A DNA stretch of 64,000 nucleotides. Origin: Lama glama. Lineage: Eukaryota. Shown one piece after another: positions 38,746 through 51,416 of the stretch (position 1 is its first letter; each line of letters begins with the position of its first letter). A model generated the notes under the pieces. The model was not told the origin of the DNA and made no database searches. It was given only the letters and a program-made list of their open reading frames with translations. Location of the stretch: positions 102,612,001-102,676,000 of the forward strand of contig CM052817.1 in the NCBI GenBank assembly GCA_028534125.1. Direction: 5' to 3'. A program made the translations under genes and the position numbers.

Positions 38746-39992
38746 TTTTTAATCTTTCCTCTAAATATCCCTTTGAATCACAATATGCCCCTTTCCCCCT
38801 CCCCCAATACAAACACACTTAAATATCGGTGAATTAAACATATTTTCTGTGAATGGAGAAAAGATTTTATGCGACATCATAAAATGTCTGTGGGGAAACG
38901 GAAGAAAGCACCCAGAGTAAAACAGGTCTCATCATATTTAGGAGGCTTTTTAAAAAACAGCTTCAAGCCAAATATCCTGGTGTCAGAAGAAGCAGATCAA
39001 GCAGTTTCTAATATGTCTCATTTATAGCCTTTTCACATAACCCAGGGTATCACATTTTTAAAGAGAATGAGCCATGCCGAACTCTGAAAAGGGCCTAATG
39101 TTTCTGTGAATAACATAATTAAAATGAAGATTCACATGAATGACTTAATCTGGGCCATTGCTTTATGAAGAAATTGAGAAAGAAGGATTTATTCAGGAGG
39201 CCTGTGGAGAGGATAATAGAGAATAAAAATATGGCTTGGCTTTGGAGCAGGAGGTGACATAATTGCAGAGGGCGGCTGCTGAGCCCAAGCTGGATAAATG
39301 GCTCTGCATGGACTCAGAGGCCAAATATGGACAGAAGGACTGGATGGAGAAAAAGAGCAAAATCTGAGATACAAAATGTAGTATCTCAGGATGAGGACAG
39401 TGGGCTCGACCTCCATAGCATGTAGTTAAAGAGGAGAGCTTGCTGGGGCTCTGAAAGAACAGAGCAGCAAAGGGAATGGAAATCCAGCACCTGCTCCGTG
39501 CAGGTTTCTGGTGTCTTTTTTAAATGCTTAATCCTGGAGCTTTCAAGGGTTAGAATGGATTGTGTTTTGTGCGCAGATACTCAACATTAGCCTCATGTCC
39601 TTGAGGAAATACTCTTTGCTCTGACCCTTATTGAATTTCATTTATAACGTCTGTTGAGTACCTGGTGTTTCGTGTGTTTCTGCTGCATCATCTCACGTGG
39701 AAGAGAAGGGGAAAGGGCAGTGAGAAGAGGTAGGGAGCAAGCCAAGCTCCTCACTAAATTTTATCATCATCCCAGAGAAAGTTCTATTTCATGCACAAAT
39801 TGCTTGGCACGTATTTTTCATGAGGTCACCCAAGGAAAACAATGAACTGTCACATGCAAAAAAATAATCACTTCCATTTACACATGGACTTTGTCTTTCA
39901 ATTCTAATTATTGTCTGGAAAATTTAGGAGAGGTTTATACCAAGCCAATTGAATGTTGGTTTTTTAACGATTCTTTTTTTTTTTTTTTTGAC

Positions 39993-41077
39993 TGTTGGGA
40001 GAGCATTCTCCATGGATCTCTCAATGTTCCTGTGTGTCTTAAGACAGAGGTGCTGAATGCCCTCTTATTCTCAGCTACCTTTTAGTGTTTCTGTGCCAAA
40101 CAGCCTTGAAAAAATAGTGTCTTTCTTCAAAGTAAAGAGCATGCATGTTTATTGTCAAGTAAAAAACCCCCCAAAATTGCTTTTCTACAGCAAAGAGTTG
40201 AGCATGCGTTCCACCAATTACAGAAGATTAAGTTTCTTCTGCTCTAATACAAACCACTCAGGGTGCAGCCATCTATCTGGGCCTATTTATGTCCCTCTCT
40301 GGGACTTGGGACTCGGGAGGAAATGCAAATATGCTGATTCTCATGCTTGCTCTGCAGTGAGTAATAAAGTCCTTTGTCTCTGACCTAGAAATCTTTTCCC
40401 TTTTGCCACCATCCATGAACTACTAATGAGTTGTGGTAGTGTTGTTGGAGAATAGGTTCTTGCCTCATGCAGGAAAGAATTCAAGATTACGTAAGGCATG
40501 ATAAAGTGAAAGCAAGTTTATTTAGAGATACACACTCCATAGACAGAGTGGGGTCCGTCTCACTCAGAAGGGAGAGCAGCTTAGGAGATACACACTCCAT
40601 AGGCAGAATGTGAGAGGGAGAGAGACCAAAAGGTGTGGAGGTGCTTCATTTAAAGTAAAAGCAGTTACACACTCCATAGACAGGGTGTGGGCCGTCTAAG
40701 AAGGCAAGTGAGAGAGCGACCATGTGGTGCAGAGCTGTTAGGTTTTACAGGCTCAGTAATTGCATATGCTAATGAGTAGGAGGATTATTCCAACTACTTT
40801 GGGGAAAGGGAAGGGATTTCCATGAATTGGGCTCCTGCCCACTTTTTGACCTTTTATGGTCAGATTAAGAACTGTCATAGCACCTGTGGGTGTGCATGAG
40901 GCTCAAGGTCTACTGGAAGTCGGATCTTTGGCCATCTTGGTTCTAACCAGTGTGTCCTCTCCTCATTGCTGTGTCACTCCTTCAGTGGCTGTGCCCTGCA
41001 CCCTGCACCGTGCACCCTTCCCTCCTGTGTCAGACGCTAACTCGGGTAACACTTCAGACAATTAACAGTTCTTGATG
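39993..41077 (+). mobile_element. ERV1 MER89/MER90-like solo LTR split by a nested LTR
   Basis: TGTTGGGAGAGCATTCTCCATGGATCTCTC through GTGAGTAATAAAGTCCTTTGTCTCTGACC..CATCCATGAAC, resuming at 41033 with GCTAAC..ACAGTTCTTGA. Confidence 0.7.
40421..41032 (-). mobile_element. Younger ERV1-type solo LTR (family uncertain) nested in opposite orientation
   Basis: Reverse strand begins TGACACAGGAGGGAAGGG; minus-strand AATAAA (TTTATT at 40517); three internal ACACACTCCATAG repeats. Confidence 0.7.
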
Positions 41078-42021
41078 AGGCAGAGGTGCTGAGGGTGGGA
41101 TCTTGACAGACATAACTAAGAACAATCCCAACATTCTTCTCTTCCTTTTCACTTCAATAAATAGGAGTTTAGCCAAGAAAATAATGCTACCCAACAATTT
41201 TTATGAGGTTTACAAATTTCAACTTCTAGAAACAAAAGTTTTAAAGACTCGTATTACTTTCTGTTGTGATTTTTTTTTTATTTGAAATGGGCTTTGAGTG
41301 GGTATGAGTGACCAATATTGAAAATGGAAATGGGCAGAACTCAAAAATTCAGAAAATATTTTAGCTTTAGGGAGCATATGAGTAGCAATGTAAATAAATT
41401 AAAGAAATTCCCTAGAGCTAAATCCGTACGAAAAGCTCAGTTTTATCTAATGTATGATAGATAAACATATACTGATATTCGTTAAACTGAATTAAATAAC
41501 AGCCATTTTGCTTAACTCAGTACACTCGTGATACCATGGCCAGTACACAGTTAAACATTTACAAAATTGGTTCACTTGATTGATGGAAAAAAACAGTTTC
41601 TGAATAAAGAAAGAGAACAAAACAAAACAAAACAAAAAACGGTATTATAGAAGGACTGTGCAAGGCTGGGAAAATGCGATTTTGAGGACGGGCTTCCAGC
41701 ACAAATATGATTTGACAATAGAATAATCAAGTTTCCCAAAGAACATGAAACTCCTCTGAACCATTCTTATCACTTAACAACAGAAGGAAGAGGGTGGTAC
41801 GTAAATAACCCTATCTATGCATGATATACCTACATTTCCCTCATATATGCAGAGCTAGACTCAACCACATTATCTAGCCTGTGGTTGAGTGATAAGCGAG
41901 TGTTCAACTAACTGCACTTGCCAAACCAGCAGTTTAGGACTTACATCATGACTAGTTCTAGATTATAGATTTTTCTGGAGTCCCAGCCAAAAATCTTGGT
42001 TATTTGGCACAGTCCTTCCTT

Positions 42022-42222
42022 CTGGGGCTGCCAGATTACATATAAACAAACAAAACCGTAAACAAACAAGCAAAACCTAAAACAAAACAAAAGGAATGCT
42101 CAATTAATTTTGAACTTCAAATTGCTAATATTATGTGAAAACATACTTATGCTAAAAGATTTTTTGTTTTTTATCTGAAATTCAAAGCTGACTGGCACCT
42201 TGTCTTTTATGTGGCAACCTTA
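42022..42222. mobile_element. MER53-like hAT MITE
   Basis: GGGGCTGCCAGAT, ACATACTTATGCTAAAA, TTTATCTGAAATTCAAA and TGGCAACCTTA; palindromic architecture. Confidence 0.75.
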
Positions 42223-44559
42223 TTGTACCTGGTATTTGATTTCCCATTAGCCAACCCCATGAGAATTTTGAAGCTTCCGCCCAGTTTCTCTTCTACCAAT
42301 TTCTATGCAGCTTCGGGGCCATGCTTTGGAAATGAGAAACTCTTTAAGGTGAAATTTGATGCTGAATTCTGGGCTTACCACTGAGTTTCCTTTCTTTCTT
42401 AATCTTCATCTCTTAAGTCTCACACAATTGCAACTGTCTGAGGTTTTCTAGAAAATTTTGTCTGTAGACACCAGCAATGGAATAGAAATTTTAGGTTGAT
42501 CAAGATTTCAAATTTCAAATCCACTCATTAAAGTTACTGTCCTTGATTAATAGTTTCATTATTAATAGCAACAGTAATAATACCACTAATAAAAGATAGC
42601 ATATTAAGCACAAAATGTGTGTCTGGCAATAACTAAGAATTTTTCATGAATTGACTAATTCTCACTCTCTGTATGCCCATTTTTCAGATAAGGTTTATTA
42701 AGTGCCTACATGGGTCATAAGGACTGAGGAGTACAACCACAAAGAAATTGTAAAACCCTTATTTCTCTCAGCTGGAGCTTGCCACAGTGCCTAGTACTAA
42801 ATAATCACTCCATGAATAATAAATTATGGTCACTGGACAGTTTTCCACACAGGTAGTACACATCCCATTAGCTATTTGAATTTAATTGACCCTGGTAATG
42901 CCTACCTCATTTAGAATCCTGGTCTTTTAACAGCATTATACTTCTATTGTGTGTTTCCACAGGTGGTTGCAACTGTGGTTTTTCCAAAGCCTGTTTTAGC
43001 ATCAGCGGCCCAATACCCCAAACACCTAAAAGCTTTTTACTCTGGTTAAAGAGAGTTAGAGTGACATAGCCGTCTCAGTTATGTTTCCCCCTCTCCTCTG
43101 CGGACTTAAAACCATCTAGAAATCTCTAAGACTCTGGGGCAGCACATATTTTTGAAAAATGTCCACTGTTGGTCCAACCTGATTGTTTCAGCAATTTCAT
43201 GGTAGTAAAATACGATTGCAGCTCACGGGCATAGTTGACTGATCAGGAGTGGGAACCTGATGCAACTTGTACCAATTTAACCCTTTTCCAGCATTTTCGG
43301 GAAATGAGTTGAGGAAGGAGCTGAGCTTTAAGATATTAAGGAACCAATTCTTGACTCCATCACAGATAACGTGGATTTTTCTTGGGAGTTTCCTGCTTAG
43401 AAACATTGATCCTTTACTTATTTCTACTGAGGGAAATAACCAGAAATATAATATGAAGTCTCTTGGAAGCCCAGGCCATGTGCTTTTGCCACTGGGCACC
43501 CTCTGCTGCAATCATTGTAACTACACTCATGTTTGTTGAGGACAGAGCAAGACCCTGGAAGAAGGTGTATCTGCATAGCTCAATTATAGGAGCAATTGCT
43601 GTCAATTTAGAAATTCTTCATCATCAGGCACTAGGTCTCTGGTTCTTCAGTTAACTTCAGAGAGCTTCATGCAATCTCTGATCCAAAAAAAAAAAAAAGG
43701 ATTATCTTTTGTATTTATTTAAAATGCAGAAAAGAGATGACAAAAAATCAAACAGAAAACAATACAGGTTCAAAGGCAAACTATCTGACCAAAACAAAGG
43801 GAAACAGATGGGGGATGAATGAGAATTTTTACAAGAACTCTAAGAAGAGTTTGCCTGGAAATCTATGTCTTCTGAGGGAAGTAGAGGCTCTGTCCAATAA
43901 TGTGTTACTTCTGCAGAAAGTTTGGTAGCTGAAAAGGAAAGAAAGGAAGAAGGATGAGAGAGAGAGTGGTAGGGGAAAAGGCAGGAGGGAAGATCTTTAG
44001 AATCTACCAGTCTCATAAAAGCAGCATGCAGATAATTTGAAAAATCGTCAAAGCAAAAGTAATTGATGATTCAAGCAAGATGATTTCAACAGAACAGTGA
44101 TATCATCAAAGTAGGAGAGACATAGTAAAAATCAGTACAAGGATAACAACTCTGCGTTTCACCCTACAATTTATCTTGGGTACGTACAGTCAGAAATGCT
44201 GAGGGAAGAGCTGTGGAAACTGAACATGGATCAACATGGCTGTGTCAGTTAACCAATGTATATGAGACATTTTGATGTCAACGAACATGGATTTGGAGCT
44301 GCAGAGATCTGAATTTAAAACTCAGCTTTCTGTATATGTTTTCTCATTTGTAACATGTAGAAAATGAAGTTTAACTTGCAACTTTTTTTTGTCTTGTAGT
44401 TATGAACCAGAGTAACCAAAGCCATGAATCTGTCCTTGAAAAAAAAATCCTTGGAGCAAGGGCTGGATCGCTAATGCTGTAAGAAGTGGGGTCCCAGTCT
44501 CTCTGCTGGAAATGGGGATATCAAACCCAAGGTCCCATGATCATTAAGGCTTCATTTCT

Positions 44560-44925
44560 AACAATAATATTAAAAGAATCTAAAATATAAAACACAGAAA
44601 TGTAGAAAACAAAACAGAAACAGATTCAACAAGCTAGTGGATACCAGTGGGGAGAGAAGAGGGGGAGGGGCAAAATAGGGATATGAGATTAAAAGATACA
44701 AACTACTATGTATAAAATAGATAAGCAGCAAGGATCTATAGTACCACACAAGGAAGAATACCCATTAGTTTGTAATAACTTTAAATGGAGTATAATGTAT
44801 AAAAATATTGAATCACTATGCTGTACACCTGAAACTAATACGATATTGTAAATAACTACACTTCAATTAAAAAAATAAAAAACAGAGGTAGATAAAAAAT
44901 AAAAATAAATAAGTACAAATTTAAA
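44560..44925 (+). mobile_element. L1 3' end (L1MA-like/artiodactyl)
   Basis: AAACTACTATGTATAAAATAGATAAGC, GAATCACTATGCTGTACACCTGAAACTAAT and CTTCAATTAAAAAAA. Confidence 0.88.
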
Positions 44926-45385
44926 AAGGAGACTCTGACTATGAAAACTTTTCATACATGAACAGCATTTAAAAATTGGATATGAATAAAGATGACTGAA
45001 TCTATTGAAATGAAACAATGCAGACAAATCTGTGTGCAATGCTTCATTTTTTTTATGCCTTTCTTTTTTTGTGTGATCCAATATTTTTATAGATTATCCT
45101 CCATTTAAAGTGATTACAAAATAATGCTTATATTCCCCTGTGTTCATGCTTTTCTATTCCTTCTCCAACAGAGCATTTTAAAGGAAACTGCACCCAAACA
45201 GTACAATTTCAAAGTCACAGAGGCTATGAAAAATGACTTTTTAAACAGGAGAGTATCATTTCAAAAAAAATGCTATGTGGGAAAAATAATGATGTTACTT
45301 GAAAAACAAATTGAAACAGAAGTTAGAAAATGGCCAAACGAATGCAAATATATTTCCTCAGGAAGACACTGTTGGCACATTTTTT

Positions 45386-45389
45386 ATTA

Positions 45390-45424
<35 letters not shown>

Positions 45425-45425
45425 G
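45386..45425. repeat. (TAT)n trinucleotide microsatellite
   Basis: Directly visible. Confidence 0.95.
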
Positions 45426-47067
45426 TTTTGTAGGCTCATTATTTATTTTACTTTCTCTAAGTAAGGAAATTGGCCAAAGAAGAGATTTGTTTACTTTTCA
45501 CCTTAAGGACTGTGTATGCACTAAAATGGACATACTACACTCTTCTCTGAGAAATTCTGGGATGAGTATCATTTACAAATGTTTTGCATCAGTGCTGTCC
45601 TGTCGACTGAATAGCCTTTGTTTTGTTTGTTTTCTGCTGTTGATTCTTCCACACCCACCTATAAATTATAATAGAAATGTTGATGCTGCATTTGTGCCTA
45701 CAGAGTCCTCCTGTCATTGGACAGGAGTATAGAAAGTCAAGAATATTAATTCAAAAGGTCACGCTTTCACAGCCCCTTCATTTCTCAGATTTGTTTCTGG
45801 GATGAGACAGCAACAGACTCTCATTGCTGCAAGAGGAGACCAAGGAAATTGCTGTTTAGCTCTTCTCTGTTGCCCAAGGTCATTTCCCAGACTACTGGTA
45901 TCCAATTTGGATTGTTCTGTAAGCAGCTCAAATGTTAATCAAATAATAATTTATACAATGACATATATTAGGATAGACAATGGAAGAGAGGAAGCTGATG
46001 CCAAAGACATAGCTATAAAGCTGGTTATGATAGCTATAAAAGTCATCTTGGGTACATAGGACCAAAAACGAAGAGGGCAGAGCTGTGGAACATTGCACAT
46101 GGATCAATATGGCTGCCTCAGTGAACCAATTACACTTTAGTTATGTTGATTTCTTCTCTAACTCACCCTGGAAATATTGAAACATGATTTGGAATCAAGG
46201 TCCCAATGAAAAAGTCTTTCAACAGGCATGATTAGCTATCTTGTAATACAAACTCAGAGAACACCAGGATAATAAACATAGTTGGAGGGCATTCCATACA
46301 GTCTAAATGGAAAAAAAAATATTAAAATGATCAATTTACTGGCAAGACCAGGATGGTGTGTGCCTGCATCTATCCCTCATGTGCTTTATCATGTCCTTTA
46401 CTTCTTTCCTCCTATTATCTGTGCACTGTGAGATGCTCCACACGCAGAGGCCTGCGATCAAACAAATTTGGGAAACTGCATATTGCCAACTTTTTCCACA
46501 GCTATTTGACCATAAAACACTTTATTTGTTTCTTACTCATATGACATTTACATGAATAGTAAAGTGTGGAACCATCTTCTGTTAAATTAAAGAAATGATC
46601 AAGAGCTATGGATTTTTCATTTTTTTTAATACTTTGCTGGATATGTGGCCAAAATATTCAAGGCTACATTCTCTCTGTTGGTAGATGAGAGTTCCAATGA
46701 TGGCGTTAAACACTGAGTAACCCAGTGTCTCTTTCCTGCCAAGTTCCTACAGCTCTTGAAGTGTGTCTGTCTCTCCTCCCCTGGTGTAACCCTTCTGCCC
46801 ACAGTACCCACTAAGGCAGGAGGTGAGACACCCTGTGGATTTGCATCTCCTCAATGCTTTAATCCAGGGATCAAAAGTTGGCTTTGAAGACCTGAATGTA
46901 AATATTATATGTATTTTAATAATATTATATATTATTATTTAATTATTCATCTCTTCAGTCACTGTTCTTTCTAAATTCTTTTGCATTATTTCTCTTCCAT
47001 CCACCTGTACTTATTGCATCTTGTTCCTTTCAAGTCATAATTTTTAAAAATTTCTGCTTGTAAATAT

Positions 47068-47450
47068 CTATTAGTTAAGGTAATGCTCACTGCAGTAATA
47101 GGCAAACCCTCAAATCTCATCCATCAATCCATTACAAGTGTATTTCTCTGCTCATGAAGTCTGAAGTAGGTGCTACTGATTCACCTCCCCCTCCCCATTC
47201 TGTGCTCCATAATCTTCTTTATTTGGCCTCAAAAATCTCAACAGAGGGGCAAGAACCTGAAGGATCACACTTGGGAGGTTTTACAGGTCAGGTCTGAAAG
47301 GGGCACAAATCACTTCTGCTCTTGTTCCAGGAGTGACAGCCCAGTCACACAGCATACACAACTGTAAGGAAGGTCGGAGAAAACAGTCAAGCCATTCGCC
47401 TATGAAAGAAGAAATGGCCTGACTGAGAGCAGTCTAAACACTGGCACAAG
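47068..47450 (-). mobile_element. Old MLT1 (K/L-like) LTR remnant
   Basis: TATTAGTTAAGGTAATGC, CCTCAAATCTC, ATCACTTCTGCTC and AACTGTAAGGAAGG. Confidence 0.55.
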
Positions 47451-50220
47451 CATCTCTAACCAGAGGAGGGCTGGAATGACTCCATTTCAATTTCAAGTTG
47501 CTAGCTGAAATAAAATGAAAGGTGAAATATTGTATTTTACCAATGACTTTGCATTATGCCTGAGCACAGAGATTCTTAACCCAAAGAATTTACTGAGAAA
47601 GACAAATGTGAGCTCGATCCCAGTTAGGCAGAAAGGAAAATGAACAATGGAGAAAAGCCAAATATTCATAAAATGCAGCAATTCCCTAAAGGAATCATCT
47701 TTATGCAAGCAATGAGCACATTATACATGTGTTTCATTAAAAATTTAATGGGCAGTTTAGACTTTTAAAAGCTTTGTCTTATCATTTCTATTACAAAACC
47801 TGTATATCTAACTTCTAAACTAGCTCCCTGACAGCAGTAAATTTCAAAACATTCTCAAATGTGACATTCCCTTTGCTACACATGCCATGTTGCAGCCTTA
47901 GGAGATAATTTCATATTGAATCCCAAAGATTTCATCTTCTGATTTTTAAAAAAATGGCTTCAAAGTCACCACCATTCAAATATCAAAACCTTTCTCTAGA
48001 TTCAGAGAAATAAAACAAAAGCTGTGTTATAAATATCTTCATTAAACAAAAGATATGCAGAATAAATGTGTTCTCTTACCTCATTATAACTGACAAGTAT
48101 TAAAAAACAGATTTTACTTAGGACAACTGAGGTTTTGGTTTCTTAAAAAGTGTACTTTATACTCAAGGTCCAGATTGATTTTAATAACTGTGGATATAGT
48201 TGCTTTCAAAAGAATTTGTGGTTCCAGTATGCAAATTGCTTTTAAAAAATAACAGTACATACAGAACTTCTGTCTGACATTTTCTTTGTCTGTTTCTTCT
48301 AGCTTCTTCTGTTCCTCTCAAATTTCTACCAATTCCTTCCAAATTCTAAGTTTCTGTTTCCAGACCTTTTGGCTAAAGCACAATAAATCTTCTTCCAGCA
48401 AATATCCTCATAGCCTAGGTTCAAACATAAAGGGGAAAAATGATTAGAAGACAGAGTATATGTACTTTCTTATAGTGTACTAATGAAATTGGCTTTTGCT
48501 CCTTTCATTTTTTTCTTAGTCAATTACCTCGACCATACAAAACCCAAAACATTTATTTCCAGATCTCCTGGCTTTTACACTTTTTATCGCTACATTTTGT
48601 CCACTTGGGTCGACAGGGTTAGAAATGTTACAGCCATTTATGGACAAGTTGCAATGTTGACTCCCTCTCTGCTCCTGCTAATCACTCTGTGGCTTTTGCA
48701 GAAGCAATATAGGTATTACCAATATGCTGTTAGTTGACTAGTGCTATCACTAAGAAACTTACCCTCAGACCTGACATTTTACTATTACTAATTAATTTTT
48801 TTGACAAGGATTAATCTCTCTGTGTGGTCCATATTGGGAAAAAAATTTAATTACTCTGGAAAAGTTAACCCTTCATAGAGTTAGAGAAAGAGGCAGCTCA
48901 GATCCATTTTACTCTTCCTTTCAAACTTAAGTAAACAGTGTATTTGTTCTATGTATTTATTTTATTTCCTCTGCTTCTTCTTGCTAGGCAAATTTTTCAA
49001 GACAAGACCAAAATTTGGTTCTTTTATCATGAATTCTTAACACAGTATAATGCTAATGATCATTTATATAATGGTAGTTCTCTAAACAGACACATATTAA
49101 TTAGGAATTCAATTTTCAGATCATGCTTGACCTGTCAGAAAAAATACAGATATTGTTATTCTTACTTACCTTATCTTTTAAGATCCAAAAGGAAATGGAA
49201 TTTACTAGGCCAGGGACATCCCTTCAGAAATAATTGGCTTAAGATTGAGAAATGACTAATGGTTACATGTGAGAGATTTTAAGTGATGTGAATGTTAAAG
49301 AAGAGATTATAAAAATAGTGTCCAATCAGTAATCCCTGAGAAAAAATGATTGAAAGCATTTTTAACTGTAAATTATTTTAGAAAATATGGAATTCCCTTT
49401 GTTATGAGCAAAATATTAAATATTCATAGTACAATGCTCATTTATCAACTGTAATCAACATTCTGTAAAACTGTTGTGAAATGATCAGAGCATGTTAACT
49501 ACCTAATTAAATATAAATTTGACTAAAATGAAGTATATCATGTTAAATGAAGTTTAATTTAGATCAATTTACATGTAATTAAGTTGAAGGGAGCTTTCAC
49601 CAAATATAGATCTTATAATTCATCTATGCCCTCATCCGTTTATTACATGAAGGTATTTTTTACATATCAGTTTTAAATTTTCTTTGATTTTTCTATAAGC
49701 ACCTATCACATACCAGACACTTTGCCAGTGGTGGCTGTTACAGAGCAGTTTAGACAAAGGAAGGAAGTAACGAGCTCATTCTGGACCTTCATAACTCTGC
49801 CCAAATGTCCCCTTCTCAGGTCTCCCCTGACTGCCCTACCTGAGTTAGGTTCTACAGTTATTGCTATGTCACTGTTTGTATGTCTCCTTTGTAGGACTTA
49901 CCACTAGCTGTTTGTCTACTTGTATATTAGATTTCTGCCTTCTGCAATGTAAGCCTTGTTGAAGGCAGGCTGTTTTTATGTCTTAGTAGTATCGTGCCTA
50001 AAATGCATTAGCTTTTCATCTAATGCATGAAAGAGACATGTGTTAGTTAAGTTAGTATTACCTTGATGGCTTAAGGTAAATAGATTTCTCTTAATGACAT
50101 AAAGTACAGTTGGAGTCAAACTATCAGCCATTCTGTAAGAACTGAATCATGTACCCCTATCTAGATGCCAGAATACACATTACTATGTGTTATAGAGACA
50201 CATGCTCACACGTGTCATAC

Positions 50221-50736
50221 TGTAATAGGATAAATCTGACTTCATATTAGATCTGTTCTTTAGCCTTCACCCTGTGCTCTGTTTCCTGGGCTCAGTCATG
50301 CTGGTTCTTCACCTTTTGTAAAAGAATGTTGCCTGTAGCCTGAAATAGACAGGAGAGCCTATTTTCAAGGTTCTAACCTTTAAGGATATTAATACTTTTC
50401 CATTCATATAAAGATAATAAGTTGCAGAATAGAAAATAACATTTGTTTTGTTGGAGGTTTACAGGGACATCATGATCTGACCCACGTGGACAGCTGCAAG
50501 AACAAAGGATTCAGACACCAAGAAGTTTGCAACAACCAACCAACACCCCCCTCCCCCCTCCATTTAAAAGAAACCTGAATTCTGATTCAGGGAAGATGGT
50601 TCTCTAGGACATTAGTCTGCCATCTTCTCAGACTACTGGTTTTCCCAATAAAGTCATTATGCCTTTCCCCAACACCTTGTCTCCCAATTTATTGGCCTGT
50701 TGTGCAGTGAGCAGAATGAGTTTGGACTTAGTAACA
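50221..50736 (+). mobile_element. ERV1 MER41-like solo LTR, copy 2
   Basis: TGTAATAGG through AATAAAGTC to GGACTTAGTAACA; flanks atac/atgc; homologous to 29241-29755. Confidence 0.85.
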
Positions 50737-50742
50737 ATGCAA

Positions 50743-51054
50743 AGTTATACACTGAATGTTTGTGTCCCCCCAGATTCATATGTTGAAGCCTAATGCTTTG
50801 GGAGGTGCTTGGGTCTTGATGGTGGAACTCTCATTAATGGGCTAAGCACCCTTATAAAAGAAACCCCAGAGAACTCCCTCACCCATTCCACCCTGTGAGG
50901 ACACAGCAAAAAAGAAAGCCCTCTATAACCCAGGAAATGAGCCCTGGCCAGGCACCAAATCTGCCTGCAACCAGACTGTAAGAAATGCTTCTGATGTTTA
51001 TAAACCATCCAATCTATGGCATTTTTGTTATAGCAGCACCAAAGGACTAAGACT
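50743..51054 (+). mobile_element. MLT1A-like MaLR solo LTR
   Basis: CTGAATGTTTGTGTCCCCCCAGATTCATATGTTGAAGCCTAA through TTTGTTATAGCAGCACCAAAGGACTAAGAC. Confidence 0.88.
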
Positions 51055-51055
51055 T

Positions 51056-51416
51056 AGAAGTACATATTCACACATGTTATGAATGTTAGCGTTACCACAT
51101 ATTATGGAGGTACATGCTAATACACACTACACAGGCACATGGTAACATTTGTTATGGAGGTACGTGTTAACACATTACAGAGGCACATGTTAAAGCAGAT
51201 TATGGGAATAGAGGGTAACACAGTTATGGAGGTACCTGTTAGCATATGTTATGGAGGAACATGCTGACACAGGCAAGGAGGTGCGTGTTAACCCGTGTTG
51301 TACGTGTGCATGTTAATGCATGTTATGGACGTTCATGCTCATACATGTCATGGATGCACATAACAACACATGCCACAGAGACACGAGATAGCGCATGTCA
51401 TGGAGGTACATATTAA
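51056..51416. repeat. Degenerate ~25-bp minisatellite (approx. ACATGTTATGGAGGTACATGTTAAC)
   Basis: Recurrent TTATGGAGGTAC and CATGTTA cores throughout. Confidence 0.8.

Noticed and set aside
45124..45732. 202-aa ORF with poly-Tyr
   Set aside because: Spans a (TAT)n microsatellite; no domain or exon-like signals.
29241..50736. One 21-kb provirus bounded by the two similar LTRs
   Set aside because: Each LTR has its own flank pair and the interval holds older unrelated repeats, not ERV1 internal sequence.
51056..51416. CRISPR-like array or p53 site cluster
   Set aside because: Eukaryotic DNA; units are contiguous and degenerate with no unique spacers, and the CATG cores lack proper RRRCWWGYYY flanks.
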